This document shows positions 28,646-38,278 of a DNA stretch of 57,384 nucleotides, one piece after another; the stretch's first letter is position 1, and every line of letters begins with the position of its first letter. The notes beneath the pieces were generated by a model. That model made no database searches and was not told where the DNA came from. It saw only the letters and a list, made by a program, of their open reading frames with translations. The position numbers were made by a program, and so were the translations under genes. The stretch spans positions 1-57,384 of the forward strand of contig CAZEYN010000001.1 in assembly GCA_964516075.1 (NCBI GenBank), in the 5' to 3' direction. Origin of the DNA: an uncultured Candidatus Saccharibacteria bacterium. Its GTDB lineage: Bacteria > Patescibacteriota > Saccharimonadia > Saccharimonadales > Saccharimonadaceae.

Positions 28646-29458
28646 ATGGAGAAATTTTTTACTACTCGCGACCCTTTGGATGAAATTATTGCGAAAACTT
28701 TGCCTGACAAGAAAATTTTAAAGACTGAACATATTTTGACTGGCTGGACGAATATTGTGATTGAGGTGACGACGGATAACGGCGCTTATTTTTTCCGTTT
28801 TCCGCGCAACCCTTTTTGGTCTAAGATGATCGTGAAGGATGCGGCGGTTTGTAATTTTGTGGAGGGTAAGACTAGTTATTATACGCCGCAGATGAAATTG
28901 TATTACGATGAGAAAAAACGGCCGTTTTCGGTGCACGAGAAGATTGAAGGGTATACTTTGGGTGACCGAATTTATAATCTTTCGCATACGGCTTTGACTG
29001 GGGTGGCTTACGATACGGCGAAGTTTATTAAGGAACTTTCGGGGATTGATTTACGTAATGCGCCAGAGAAAGTAAAATATCCTTTGTCTAAATTTTTGCA
29101 TGAGTTAGATTACAAACATTATGATGAACATATTGATGCGGATCATGAGTTTATTAAGGCGACTGAGACGGAAAATTTGGTGCACGGAGATTTGAATTTG
29201 GGGAATATTTTGCTCGATGAAAACGATAAGATGATTGGGGTGATTGATTTTTGTTTTGCGGGAACTGGTAACCCCAATATGGATGTAGCACGGATGGTTT
29301 CGCGACCGGCACCGGAGGAGTTTACGCGTGAATTTTTGATTTATTTTGATAATGCTGAGGAGATTGAACGGATGCGAGAGGCTTGGAAAAATATTGATGC
29401 TGGGTATGCTGGGCATATTCGGGCTAAGTTTCCGGAAATTAATTTGAACCAGCTGTAA
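28646..29458 (+). CDS. APH/choline-kinase family phosphotransferase
   Basis: GWTN loop, FRFPR, HGDLNLGNIL, IDF. Confidence 0.8.
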   Translation: MEKFFTTRDPLDEIIAKTLPDKKILKTEHILTGWTNIVIEVTTDNGAYFFRFPRNPFWSKMIVKDAAVCNFVEGKTSYYTPQMKLYYDEKKRPFSVHEKIEGYTLGDRIYNLSHTALTGVAYDTAKFIKELSGIDLRNAPEKVKYPLSKFLHELDYKHYDEHIDADHEFIKATETENLVHGDLNLGNILLDENDKMIGVIDFCFAGTGNPNMDVARMVSRPAPEEFTREFLIYFDNAEEIERMREAWKNIDAGYAGHIRAKFPEINLNQL

Positions 29459-29483
29459 CGAATTAAATTTTGAAATTTATCAC

Positions 29484-29587
29484 ACTGAATGGACCCTGCT
29501 GGACTTTCTTCCCCTAAAATTTTACAAGCAACGATTTTTGGGGCCCCTAAAAGTCCGTCACCCATTCACCAAAATCTTTTAGACTTA
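29484..29587 (-). repeat. Dispersed hairpin repeat, subfamily A
   Basis: ctgaatggaccctgctggacttt...aaagtccgtcacccattcac...agactta; its end overlaps the neighbouring stop codon. Confidence 0.9.
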
Positions 29588-30391
29588 GCTATGTTGTGTT
29601 GTTAGATAGTTTATTTTAGCTTGCTTGCGGGCTTCGTCATCTGGTTTTGGCAATTTTTTACACGTGGAATACTCTTGAAATGTGAGGAGTGAATTTTGAA
29701 TTTCGCCGTCGTAGACTGGGTCCAAATCGTAGACGCTCCAGAGGATGATGCGAGTTTTGGGTGCAGCTTTGGCGTAGAATTTGAGGGCTTCGGCGGTGGC
29801 GCGGATGAATTCTTCTTCGGTTTTTTTGGAATGGCGCCAGGCACGATTTTTGAGGAAATGTTCGGTAACGGTTGGCGAGACAGCGATCATTAAAATTAGC
29901 ATTTGATAGTTCGCGGCGGTGAGGAATTTTAATAAAATGGTTTCCATTTTGGGGTCTAAAAGCGTCACATCCAAAATAATATCGTAGCCTTTTTTGATGA
30001 GTTCGGAAAGTGTTAAGAACATCATGATGGTAGAAAATTCATCGGTGTTTTTGCGGAGATTTTCGGCGCCGTAAAAATTTTCGATTTCATTTTTATACGG
30101 ATGATAATCGACAAAACGACGCGCGGCAACCAAAATTGGCTCTAAATTATTTTTTCCACAGTATGCTTCGATAGCGGGCAAAATTTGAGTAGTTTTGCCG
30201 GAGCCGGAAAGACCGGCAACACGAAAAAGCTGGTGGTTTTTGGAAGCATGAGCGGTAAAATCGGCGAGAATTTGTGGCAAAATTTTAGCATAATCGTGAA
30301 TATCAACTTGCCATTCCGACTTAACTTGGCTTGGCCAGTGGGACTTCATATATTCGATAACTTTAGCTAATTCGTGATGACTTTCAGGCAT
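29585..30391 (-). CDS. Zeta-toxin-like P-loop kinase
   Basis: AGLSGSGKTT, YHPY, IILDVT pattern. Confidence 0.6.
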   Translation of the reverse strand: MPESHHELAKVIEYMKSHWPSQVKSEWQVDIHDYAKILPQILADFTAHASKNHQLFRVAGLSGSGKTTQILPAIEAYCGKNNLEPILVAARRFVDYHPYKNEIENFYGAENLRKNTDEFSTIMMFLTLSELIKKGYDIILDVTLLDPKMETILLKFLTAANYQMLILMIAVSPTVTEHFLKNRAWRHSKKTEEEFIRATAEALKFYAKAAPKTRIILWSVYDLDPVYDGEIQNSLLTFQEYSTCKKLPKPDDEARKQAKINYLTTQHS

Positions 30392-31272
30392 TTGGTTCCC
30401 TTCTTGACTTCGATGGTTTTGACCTTGGTGAATTTTTGAGATTCGCCCTCGGCTTGAATGGTGATATTGGCTGGATGCGTGAACTCTAAAATATCACTAG
30501 TGGTTGGTTCTCCTGGCACGCGACTAAAAATGCTTTTTAACATTAGCTTGGTGAGGTAATAGAGATTGGTGGTTTTTTCGGTTTCGCTGCGGAAACTTTT
30601 AGAATCAAGATAATCTTCGCCGCCCTTCATAACGCGAGCCATATAGTGACCGTTGACGGCGGCGTAGTCGGAAGTTTTGGCCGGCTGCAATTTGCCGTTT
30701 AATTTAAATTCTGGCAGAAAAATTTGGTGATGGCGATTCTTGAAATACCAAGTGGCAAGCGACAAATATGAACCGACCGAGCGACCGGCGGAATTTTTGA
30801 GACTTTTGCGAATACCTGGATAATCGTAAATTTTGACGGCTTCGGCGGTCATGCCGATGGTGACATAACAGGTGGCATAGCGGAAAAATTTACCGTTGAC
30901 GAAAATTTCTAATGGGTAAAATTTTTGAACTTTTTGAGCTTTTAAAACTTCGGATAAAGTTTTGGTTTTTAAAGTTCGCGATAAATCATTGAAATTGCCG
31001 TATGGCAAAACCGCCAAGGTAACATCTTTGCCGGAATTCAAAATGCTGCCAGATGCAACAATGCCGGTGGCATCGCCACCAGCCGAAACAACCAAGTCGC
31101 CGTCGCTTAATAATTTTGTAAGTTCGGCAATGTTTTGCTCGATTGAAGTAGGTTTGACTTCGTATTTTCCGATGCGATAGCCCTGAATGCGGTGAAGCTG
31201 GTCCAAAATTTCACGTTTGACGTTAGCAAAACGAGAGGAACGCGGATTATAGACGATAAAAAGTTGCTTCAT
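30367..31272 (-). CDS. Diacylglycerol-kinase-like protein
   Basis: YNPRS, SAGGD, LPYGNFNDLSR, AEGE. Confidence 0.75.
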   Translation of the reverse strand: MKQLFIVYNPRSSRFANVKREILDQLHRIQGYRIGKYEVKPTSIEQNIAELTKLLSDGDLVVSAGGDATGIVASGSILNSGKDVTLAVLPYGNFNDLSRTLKTKTLSEVLKAQKVQKFYPLEIFVNGKFFRYATCYVTIGMTAEAVKIYDYPGIRKSLKNSAGRSVGSYLSLATWYFKNRHHQIFLPEFKLNGKLQPAKTSDYAAVNGHYMARVMKGGEDYLDSKSFRSETEKTTNLYYLTKLMLKSIFSRVPGEPTTSDILEFTHPANITIQAEGESQKFTKVKTIEVKKGTKCLKVITN

Positions 31273-31280
31273 ATGAGCGC

Positions 31281-31652
31281 CTACAAGCTAAAACCTGGCA
31301 AGAGCCATTTGAGAAGGGCGTAAATTACAACATAAATGACCAGACCGATAACGATTTCTAGCATGCGTTGCTTAGATTTCTGAACTTTGCCTGGGTCGCC
31401 GCCGGCGGTAAGATATTGAATACCAACTACAGTGATGCCAATGACGCCCAAAATGCCAATACCAATAGTCATAATATCAATGACTAGTAGGAGAATTTCT
31501 TTAACGCTGCTACCTTTGCCATCGTCACACATTTCACCGTTTTCGCCTAGGATATTAGTTGGAACACAGTTGTTGTCATCGGCAAAAACTGGGGTCATAC
31601 AAAGTAGGCCACAGGTGAAGATTGCTAGAATGCCGAGAATAATTCTTTTCAT
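31281..31652 (-). CDS. CPR-type small pilin (TrbC/VirB2-like)
   Basis: Signal peptide, two TM segments flanking GIQYLTAGGDPGKVQKSK. Confidence 0.75.
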   Translation of the reverse strand: MKRIILGILAIFTCGLLCMTPVFADDNNCVPTNILGENGEMCDDGKGSSVKEILLLVIDIMTIGIGILGVIGITVVGIQYLTAGGDPGKVQKSKQRMLEIVIGLVIYVVIYALLKWLLPGFSL

Positions 31653-31654
31653 AG

Positions 31655-32629
31655 TTACCTCAAATACTCATGGAGTTTTTTAGTGTCTTTATTCTTGCGA
31701 AGCTTGGAAAGAGCCTTGGCTTCGATTTGGCGAATGCGCTCACGGGTGACGTCGAACTCGGCGCCAACTTCTTCTAGTGTATGTGGGCGACCACCACCGA
31801 TGCCAAAACGCAAACGGATGATTTTCTGTTCCCTATCTGTAAGGGTGGAAATAATTTCGGAAAGTTGCTCTTTGAGAATTTGATTGGCAGCGGAATCTTC
31901 TGGTGAAGCGCGTTCTTCATCTTCGACAAAGTCACCGAGCACAGACTCTTCGTCGTCGCCGTCGCGACCGATTGAAGCGTCAAGAGACGCGATGTCTTGC
32001 TTGATACGCATAACGTAATCGATTTTATCTGGGTCCATATCAAGAGCTTTGGCGATTTCTTCGTTGGTTGGCTCGCGATTTAGTTCGGAAGTCAATTTGC
32101 GCGTGGTGCGCAAGACTTTATTGATGGTTTCGACCATGTGAACCGGGATACGAATAGTGCGAGCTTGATCGGCGATAGCACGCGTGATGGCTTGGCGCAC
32201 CCACCAAGTGGCGTAAGTAGAAAATTTGAAACCTTTGTCTGGATCGAATTTGTCGACGGCGCGCAAAAGACCGGTGTTGCCCTCTTGAATTAAGTCGAGA
32301 AAATCAAGGCCACGGCCACCATAACGCTTAGCGACAGAAACGACCAAACGCATATTTGATTCAATCATTTTGTCTTTGGCTTTTTTGTCGCCCTTTACAA
32401 TACGCTGGGCCAAGTCGGCTTCTTCTTCTGGGGTTAAAAGTGGAATTTTACCGATTTCGCGCAAATATAAACGCACGGAATCGTCAGCGAAAGAATCGAC
32501 GTTTTCATCGGTGATGGCGAGGTCCTCGTCGGAAAATTCCTCTTCGTTTTCTAAATCGTCGTTTTCTGGACCGTCAATATCCAAAGTGACGTCTTTCGCA
32601 TTCAAAATATCATCTTTATTAGAGCTCAT
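31655..32629 (-). CDS. rpoD: Primary sigma factor (short, no region 1.1)
   Basis: [39 protein letters not shown]. Confidence 0.96.
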   Translation of the reverse strand: MSSNKDDILNAKDVTLDIDGPENDDLENEEEFSDEDLAITDENVDSFADDSVRLYLREIGKIPLLTPEEEADLAQRIVKGDKKAKDKMIESNMRLVVSVAKRYGGRGLDFLDLIQEGNTGLLRAVDKFDPDKGFKFSTYATWWVRQAITRAIADQARTIRIPVHMVETINKVLRTTRKLTSELNREPTNEEIAKALDMDPDKIDYVMRIKQDIASLDASIGRDGDDEESVLGDFVEDEERASPEDSAANQILKEQLSEIISTLTDREQKIIRLRFGIGGGRPHTLEEVGAEFDVTRERIRQIEAKALSKLRKNKDTKKLHEYLR

Positions 32630-32644
32630 TTATAATAGTATAAT

Positions 32645-34285
32645 CTAATTATTGGTTTTTTGCAAGTCTGCAATCTCTTGTAAGATTTCTGCGTATTTAG
32701 GCGAATCTTCATCTAGGCCATCCAGAGCTGCGCTGAGCTCTTTGATTTTTTCTTTATTGGTAGCTTTATGATATTGTGTTAAAAGTTCTTGGGCGGTTTT
32801 TTCGAGCTCTTCAGGCTGGAACGAACTATATTCTAAATTAAAAATAAATTCTAATTCACCAAGCTTAGTTTCGTCCTCTGGAATGTCGAGCGGAATTTTA
32901 GCTTGAGTGATACCGCCAAAGACTTTTAAGGCCAGCAGCAAATCTTCGAGCTGCGTAAGCGCGCTACTCTTGACGGTGGTCTTAGGTTTTTTATAGAATT
33001 TTTTGGAGCTTGCTTTTTCTAGTTGTTCGTTTAATCTTTCGCCCTTTTCGCGCAGAACTTCCACATCGACGCCTAATTTTTGGGCAATTTTTGATTCGTA
33101 GCTGGCATGTTCTACCTCGTCTGTAATTTGGCTGATGAGTTTAAGGGCGATATCGGAATATTTGCGCTTGCCCGGGGACGAGCGCAGGTCTAGTCTGGAC
33201 TCGTATTTCTGAAGCAACCAGTCTATAGCTGGCACGCAACCATGCACGGCATCTTGCCAAAGTTTAGGATCTTTTTGAATTAATTCATCTGGGTCTTTGG
33301 CGCCGTGATAATTTGAAATAATCGACAAATCTATACCCAATTCTTGAGCCATTTTGATGGCACGTTCGGCGGCCTTGATGCCGGCTTCGTCACCGTCGTA
33401 AGCTAAACGAATATCGCTGGTCAACCTGGAAAGAATCTTGAGATGTTGGTCGGTCATGGCGGTGCCAGAAGTAGCGACGGCTTCTTTGACGCCGGCTTGA
33501 TGTGAAGAAATTACGTCCATATTCCCCTCCACAATAATTACGAACCCGCTGCGGCGAATAGCTTCTTTGGCTTGGTAGAGTCCAAAAATAAACTTAGATT
33601 TGTTGAATAAAATAGTGTCTGACGTGTTCATATATTTAGGCTCGCCCTTGCCGATGATGCGCGCCGTAAAGCCAATGACGTCGCCGCCAGCGTCGATGAA
33701 CGGCACCATCATGCGATCACGGAACATATCGGTTTTGTAGCGATTAAGTAAACCGGCGGCTTCGAGTTCTGACTCAGTGAAGCCGCGTTTTTCTAAAACA
33801 GTTTTTAAAGCTTTGCCGCTGGCTGGAGAATAGCCGATTTGGAATTCGGCAACGGTTTGACGATTAAGGTTGCGCTTATAAAAAACATATTCGCAAGCAG
33901 GCTTGCAACGAATTAGACAGGCTTGGTAATATTTGGTGGCTAATTTTAAAGCCTCTTTGGCGCGAGATTTTTTCTTGGCCACCGCCAGATCGCCACCGCT
34001 ATATTTTTTGAGTTCTACGCCGGCACGCGCAGCGAGTTTTTCGAGGGCTTCTTTAAAGCTAATACCTTCGACCTCCATAAGAAAAGAAAAAATATCGCCG
34101 CCCTTATTGGCGGAAAAATCATGCCAGATTCCCTTTTCTGGCGATACCATGAAACTCGGGGTCTTATCGACACCCCACGGCGAACGACCTTTTAGATTAC
34201 GGCCGGCGCGACTCAATTCAACATATTGTCCTACAACATCCTCCACCGCTAGTCTGGACTTTATTTCCTCCTTTGCGTCTTGCAT
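32645..34285 (-). CDS. dnaG: DNA primase
   Basis: KTPSF, FRDRMMVP, KYMNT, VEGNMD, YDGDEAG, KDPDE. Confidence 0.95.
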   Translation of the reverse strand: MQDAKEEIKSRLAVEDVVGQYVELSRAGRNLKGRSPWGVDKTPSFMVSPEKGIWHDFSANKGGDIFSFLMEVEGISFKEALEKLAARAGVELKKYSGGDLAVAKKKSRAKEALKLATKYYQACLIRCKPACEYVFYKRNLNRQTVAEFQIGYSPASGKALKTVLEKRGFTESELEAAGLLNRYKTDMFRDRMMVPFIDAGGDVIGFTARIIGKGEPKYMNTSDTILFNKSKFIFGLYQAKEAIRRSGFVIIVEGNMDVISSHQAGVKEAVATSGTAMTDQHLKILSRLTSDIRLAYDGDEAGIKAAERAIKMAQELGIDLSIISNYHGAKDPDELIQKDPKLWQDAVHGCVPAIDWLLQKYESRLDLRSSPGKRKYSDIALKLISQITDEVEHASYESKIAQKLGVDVEVLREKGERLNEQLEKASSKKFYKKPKTTVKSSALTQLEDLLLALKVFGGITQAKIPLDIPEDETKLGELEFIFNLEYSSFQPEELEKTAQELLTQYHKATNKEKIKELSAALDGLDEDSPKYAEILQEIADLQKTNN

Positions 34286-34304
34286 ATGTTATAATTATAT
34301 CATA

Positions 34305-34919
34305 ATGCAAGGACAAGAATACTTGAACCAAATTTCGACCTCAAATCGGCAAGTTCAGAAATCTGGCAACAAAATTTTATCATCAAAATTTTTTATAGTT
34401 GGCGCAATTGGCGCAATTTTACTAGTGCTAATTCTAATCATAGGCGCAATTCTAAACGCCGGCAAAGGCGGCGAGGAGGAATCTTCTTATGCTTTGATTT
34501 TGCACGTGAATAGCACGGTCGAGGAGATTCAAGAGTTTCAAACAAATATCAAATCTTCTATACTAAGGTCTGACGCGGGGTCGTTGCAAGGCGTGCTTTC
34601 TAACACTAGCACCAAGCTGACGACTTATTTGGAAGGCAAATATAATTATAAAGAAAGCAACATCAGTAGTTCCCTTACTGCAGAAGCAGAGGCGAATAAG
34701 ACCGTGCTACATAACGAACTTTTTGAGGCTAAAATTAATGGTATTTTGGACCGAATTTTTGCACATAAAATGGTTTATGAAATTTCTTTGTTTTTGGCAG
34801 AAGAGGGGAAACTTTTGAAAATGACCAATGACGAAGATTTGACCACCATACTATCTACTTCTTATAAAAGCTTGGAAAATTTGAAGACTAATTTTGAGGA
34901 TTTTTCTGAGGGGAAGTAA
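34305..34919 (+). CDS. Hypothetical membrane-anchored helical protein
   Basis: Start MQGQEYLNQI after TGTTATAAT; single TM then helical domain; the ORF-track N-extension is antisense to dnaG. Confidence 0.75.
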   Translation: MQGQEYLNQISTSNRQVQKSGNKILSSKFFIVGAIGAILLVLILIIGAILNAGKGGEEESSYALILHVNSTVEEIQEFQTNIKSSILRSDAGSLQGVLSNTSTKLTTYLEGKYNYKESNISSSLTAEAEANKTVLHNELFEAKINGILDRIFAHKMVYEISLFLAEEGKLLKMTNDEDLTTILSTSYKSLENLKTNFEDFSEGK

Positions 34920-35040
34920 GACTGGACGGGTCCTGCCGGACTTTTCTCTCCCCCCCCAAAAAAAAATTTTGCAAGCAAAGATTTTGGGGGTCCCCCTAAA
35001 AGTCTGTCACCCGTTCACTGAAATCTTTCAGATGTATTTA
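34920..35040 (-). repeat. Dispersed hairpin repeat, subfamily A
   Basis: ctggacgggtcctgccggactttt...aaagtctgtcacccgttcac; between convergent genes. Confidence 0.9.
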
Positions 35041-35042
35041 CG

Positions 35043-35327
35043 TTACGCCAGATTATAACTTAGGCGAATTAAGTCCGCAATTTCTTGGTCTTCTAGTTGG
35101 TTCGCTAGAACTATCTCGATGCCGCCGCGGCCGAAATAGCGCGATTCCATGACAGATTCGTATTTTTCTTTTAATAAGTTACCGAGTTTGGCGTCGCAGC
35201 GGAGTTCTATAGTGTTATTATTTACAACTAAGAAAACTTGCTCACCCTTACAATATAATTCGCGATTCTTTTCTTTTTTGACGGTGAAGTCCGTGATGCC
35301 GCTTATTTGAGAAATGTCAGGTACCAT
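35043..35327 (-). CDS. MmcQ/YjbR-like protein
   Basis: LRCD...L.EKYESV...LIRLSYNL pattern. Confidence 0.6.
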   Translation of the reverse strand: MVPDISQISGITDFTVKKEKNRELYCKGEQVFLVVNNNTIELRCDAKLGNLLKEKYESVMESRYFGRGGIEIVLANQLEDQEIADLIRLSYNLA

Positions 35328-35827
35328 TTTAACTCCTCGATTGAGCCGTTAATATCATCTAGCGCGCGATGATTCTCTGGCTTAGTGAATTTTTTATTTA
35401 ACGCTTCTTCGAAATAAATTTTCCAAGCGGAGACGTCGAGCATGCGATAATGTAATTTTTGGTTTAATTCTGGCATTTCGTGCTCGATGAATTTACGGTC
35501 TTGATGGATGGAATTGCCGGCGAGGTAAATCGTGCTGCCAAAATTTTGGTCGACAAAATCGATTAGTTCGCCTTCAACTACTTCGACCGGCTTGCCAGTT
35601 TGGTTTTGTGCAATGAGGACGTCGCGAGATTTTTGATTTTTCTCCCAGAATTTACCAACCATGCGAGTTTTCATCAAATTTTCATCAACTTTGACGACGG
35701 CCTGATAATTGGCGATGGGGTTTAAATTCATTTCGGTAGCAATGGCGGCGACCTCCAAAATGCGATCTTCTACAGGGTCGAGGCCGGTCATTTCTAAATC
35801 TATCCAGAGCAATTTGGCTTTTTTCAT
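35303..35827 (-). CDS. orn: Oligoribonuclease
   Basis: WIDLEMTGLD, LAGNSIHQDRKF, HYRMLDVS, HRALDDI. Confidence 0.95.
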   Translation of the reverse strand: MKKAKLLWIDLEMTGLDPVEDRILEVAAIATEMNLNPIANYQAVVKVDENLMKTRMVGKFWEKNQKSRDVLIAQNQTGKPVEVVEGELIDFVDQNFGSTIYLAGNSIHQDRKFIEHEMPELNQKLHYRMLDVSAWKIYFEEALNKKFTKPENHRALDDINGSIEELKWYLTFLK

Positions 35828-35839
35828 ACTTTTATCTTA

Positions 35840-37486
35840 TCACATTTCTGCAGGTATTTCGATGCCGAGTAAATCTAAGCCGTGCGTCATGGTGTTTAGG
35901 AAAACTTGAACGATTCGTAAGCGCTCGTAGGCATTGTTGCTGCCGGCGACTGGGCAGTTTTCGTAGAATCTGGAGAATTCTTGGGCAAGTTCGTATAGAT
36001 AATTACAAAGTTTGTGTGGCGCCATTTCTAAGACTGCTTCGCTTAAAACAGATTTGTATTCGAGAATTTTTTTGATTAAATTACGCTCGTGAACGGTGAG
36101 TTCGTGGCTTTGGCTGGATGGCTTGGCGTCTTTGGCTTTTTCGATGATTTTGCTGGCGCGAACGGCGGAATACAAAAGATACGGGCCGGAATTGCCGGTC
36201 ATTTTGACAGATTCTTTAGGATCGAAAATGATATTGCCGCCCATTTTGTATTTAAGGAAAGCATATTTGGTAGCAGCTAAAACAACTTTTTCGTCGGTGG
36301 AATTATATTCAGATTTTAGCTCTTCGCGAATCATGCCTAAAACATCGACGGCTTTTAAGAAATTGCCTTTACGCGAAGACATTTTAACGTTGCCCGGCAG
36401 TTTGACCAAGCCGTGGGTTAAGTGAGTGGTTTTTGCGACTAATTCTGGGGCATATTGCTCAATAGATTTTAGCACCACTTTCATGTATTCTAATTGTTCG
36501 CTGGCGGTAATGATGATAGATTTGTCGAAATGGTAGTCGGCGTATTTTTGGAAGATGAGGCCGACGTCTTTGGCTTCATAAGTTGGGACGCCTTCTCTAT
36601 TGATGAATACGCGCGTATGTAAACCGTATGGTTCACCACGGAAAACGGTGGCGCCGTCGCTGAGTTCGTAGATGCCTGGCTGGATGTGTTCTTTGACGGT
36701 CTTTAGACCCAAGCTGGCGACGGTGGACTCTGGGTAGAACTTATCAAACTTGACGCCGATGCGGGCGTAAAAATCTTTGAAATAATCGTAGGATAATTCC
36801 CTACCACGCCAGTAGAGTTGAGCGAGTGAGGTATCGTGTAAATCTTCGGCGTTGATTTGATAGATTTCTTTATTTAGCTTGGTGATGGCGGCTTTGGTAG
36901 ATTCGTCGGTTTCATAGGCGGCGGTGCCTTCGATGTAACATTTGGCAATGTCTTCGATAGTGAGAGTACTGGTGTCTTTTTGCTGTAAAACATACATGGT
37001 TTTAGCAACGTGCAGGCCGACGTCGCCACCGAAATTGGCGCGGATGACTTTGGCGCTGGCGTATTCAAAAAGCCTAGAAATAGAGTCGCCCACAATTGAA
37101 GTATAGAGATGGCCAACATGGAGGACTTTGAATGGATTAGGGTCGGAAAATTCGCAGATGACGGTTTGATTGGAATATTCACTTGATGAGATAATCCCCC
37201 TGTAATTTTGGGATAAATTTTGGATGCTTTGAGTGAGGAATTCGCTTGATAAAGTGAAGTTGATGAAGCCCGGAGCGGAAATGTTGGTACTAAAATCTGA
37301 GAGGGTTTTTTGTAGTTCCTCGGCAATCACCATTGGTGGTTTGTGGAGTTCTTTGGCCAGTTTTAGGGGAGCGTTAGAGGAATAGTCCGCAGTAATGTTG
37401 GGTGGCGCTGGCGTGACGCTGGCATCAAAATCTAAATTGTATAAATTTTTGACTGTTTTATTTAGTGCTTCCCTGATAAAATTCAT
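35840..37486 (-). CDS. argS: Arginine--tRNA ligase
   Basis: PNPFKVLHVGHL, KMSSRKG, GNSGPYLLYS; true start MNFIRE after TGGTATAAT. Confidence 0.94.
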   Translation of the reverse strand: MNFIREALNKTVKNLYNLDFDASVTPAPPNITADYSSNAPLKLAKELHKPPMVIAEELQKTLSDFSTNISAPGFINFTLSSEFLTQSIQNLSQNYRGIISSSEYSNQTVICEFSDPNPFKVLHVGHLYTSIVGDSISRLFEYASAKVIRANFGGDVGLHVAKTMYVLQQKDTSTLTIEDIAKCYIEGTAAYETDESTKAAITKLNKEIYQINAEDLHDTSLAQLYWRGRELSYDYFKDFYARIGVKFDKFYPESTVASLGLKTVKEHIQPGIYELSDGATVFRGEPYGLHTRVFINREGVPTYEAKDVGLIFQKYADYHFDKSIIITASEQLEYMKVVLKSIEQYAPELVAKTTHLTHGLVKLPGNVKMSSRKGNFLKAVDVLGMIREELKSEYNSTDEKVVLAATKYAFLKYKMGGNIIFDPKESVKMTGNSGPYLLYSAVRASKIIEKAKDAKPSSQSHELTVHERNLIKKILEYKSVLSEAVLEMAPHKLCNYLYELAQEFSRFYENCPVAGSNNAYERLRIVQVFLNTMTHGLDLLGIEIPAEM

Positions 37487-37509
37487 AGAATTATTATACC
37501 ATATATCTG

Positions 37510-38050
37510 TAAAATATGACACAGCGGGTAATGTAGAGTAAAAATCAGAGATATTACTATTATAGACTTCATGAAGGTCTTTATATTCCCCGCTACCTCC
37601 GCCAGTTGGCATACGCCAGCCCTTAGGGCAAACGTCATACTGGGCATCCCCAGTGCTAGAGCTAGAATCATAACAATAGGTGTCGCCGGTTGTATCTATG
37701 CCGGTAGCGATATTATAACCCTCGGGTGTGCTAACCAAGACATTACTGCCTTCGGTGTCGCCACTGTAGCCTATAGCATAGATACCAAAGCCACCTGGAT
37801 CGTTACAAGATACGTTGATATTAGATCTGTGATACTGTGCCGTCAGAGATTGAAACAGTATGTGCGGTGGAGACAGTGCCAGACAGAATACAAGAGACAT
37901 CAAATGTGGCGGTAACGGTATCTATGACATCGGTTGTGGCGTAGGTGTTATGGGCGGTCCCGGATGTGAAGATGATGCCTAGCACAACTATTTTTTTGGG
38001 ATGAAATTTGAGACTAAGATGAATTATTTTAAAAATTCTTGTATTATGCA
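37510..38050 (-). pseudogene. Internally deleted, frameshifted remnant of a FISUMP/Fib_succ_major-type surface protein gene (copy A)
   Basis: Signal-like start, frameshift near DGTVSQI, SCNDPGGFGIYAIGY...TGDT joined directly to YDVCPKGWRMPTGG. Confidence 0.7.
37691..37984. repeat. 294-bp direct repeat, copy 1
   Basis: Identical by eye to 38966-39259. Confidence 0.92.
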
Positions 38051-38109
38051 TCTGCAAAATATGATATAATAGATGCAGATTGGACATCGTTATATGATTC
38101 AGTTCAGAA

Positions 38110-38128
38110 ACGGGTCCTGTCACCACAT
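38110..38128 (-). repeat. Truncated hairpin repeat, subfamily B
   Basis: acgggtcctgtcaccacat. Confidence 0.6.
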
Positions 38129-38148
38129 GTATGACAATGACTATATCT

Positions 38149-38223
38149 GCGGGTATCGTATAACGGCTATTATGTATCCTTCCCAAGGATAAGATCAGGG
38201 TCCGACTCCCTGTACCCGCACCA
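38149..38223 (+). tRNA. tRNA-Gly(CCC)
   Basis: GCGGGTA...TATCC-TT-CCC-AA-GGATA...CAGGG-TCCGACT-CCCTG-TACCCGC-A-CCA, followed by terminator gaagagc-tt-gctcttc-tttttt. Confidence 0.9.
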
Positions 38224-38278
38224 ATGAAGAGCTTGCTCTTCTTTTTTGTTTAATAAACATCTGAGGCAGTTCATATAT

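Noticed and set aside
35840..37903. 687-aa ArgS with a novel N-terminal domain
   Set aside because: The extension is an in-frame pseudogene fragment; a TGGTATAAT-N6-ATG start at 37486 gives a normal ArgS
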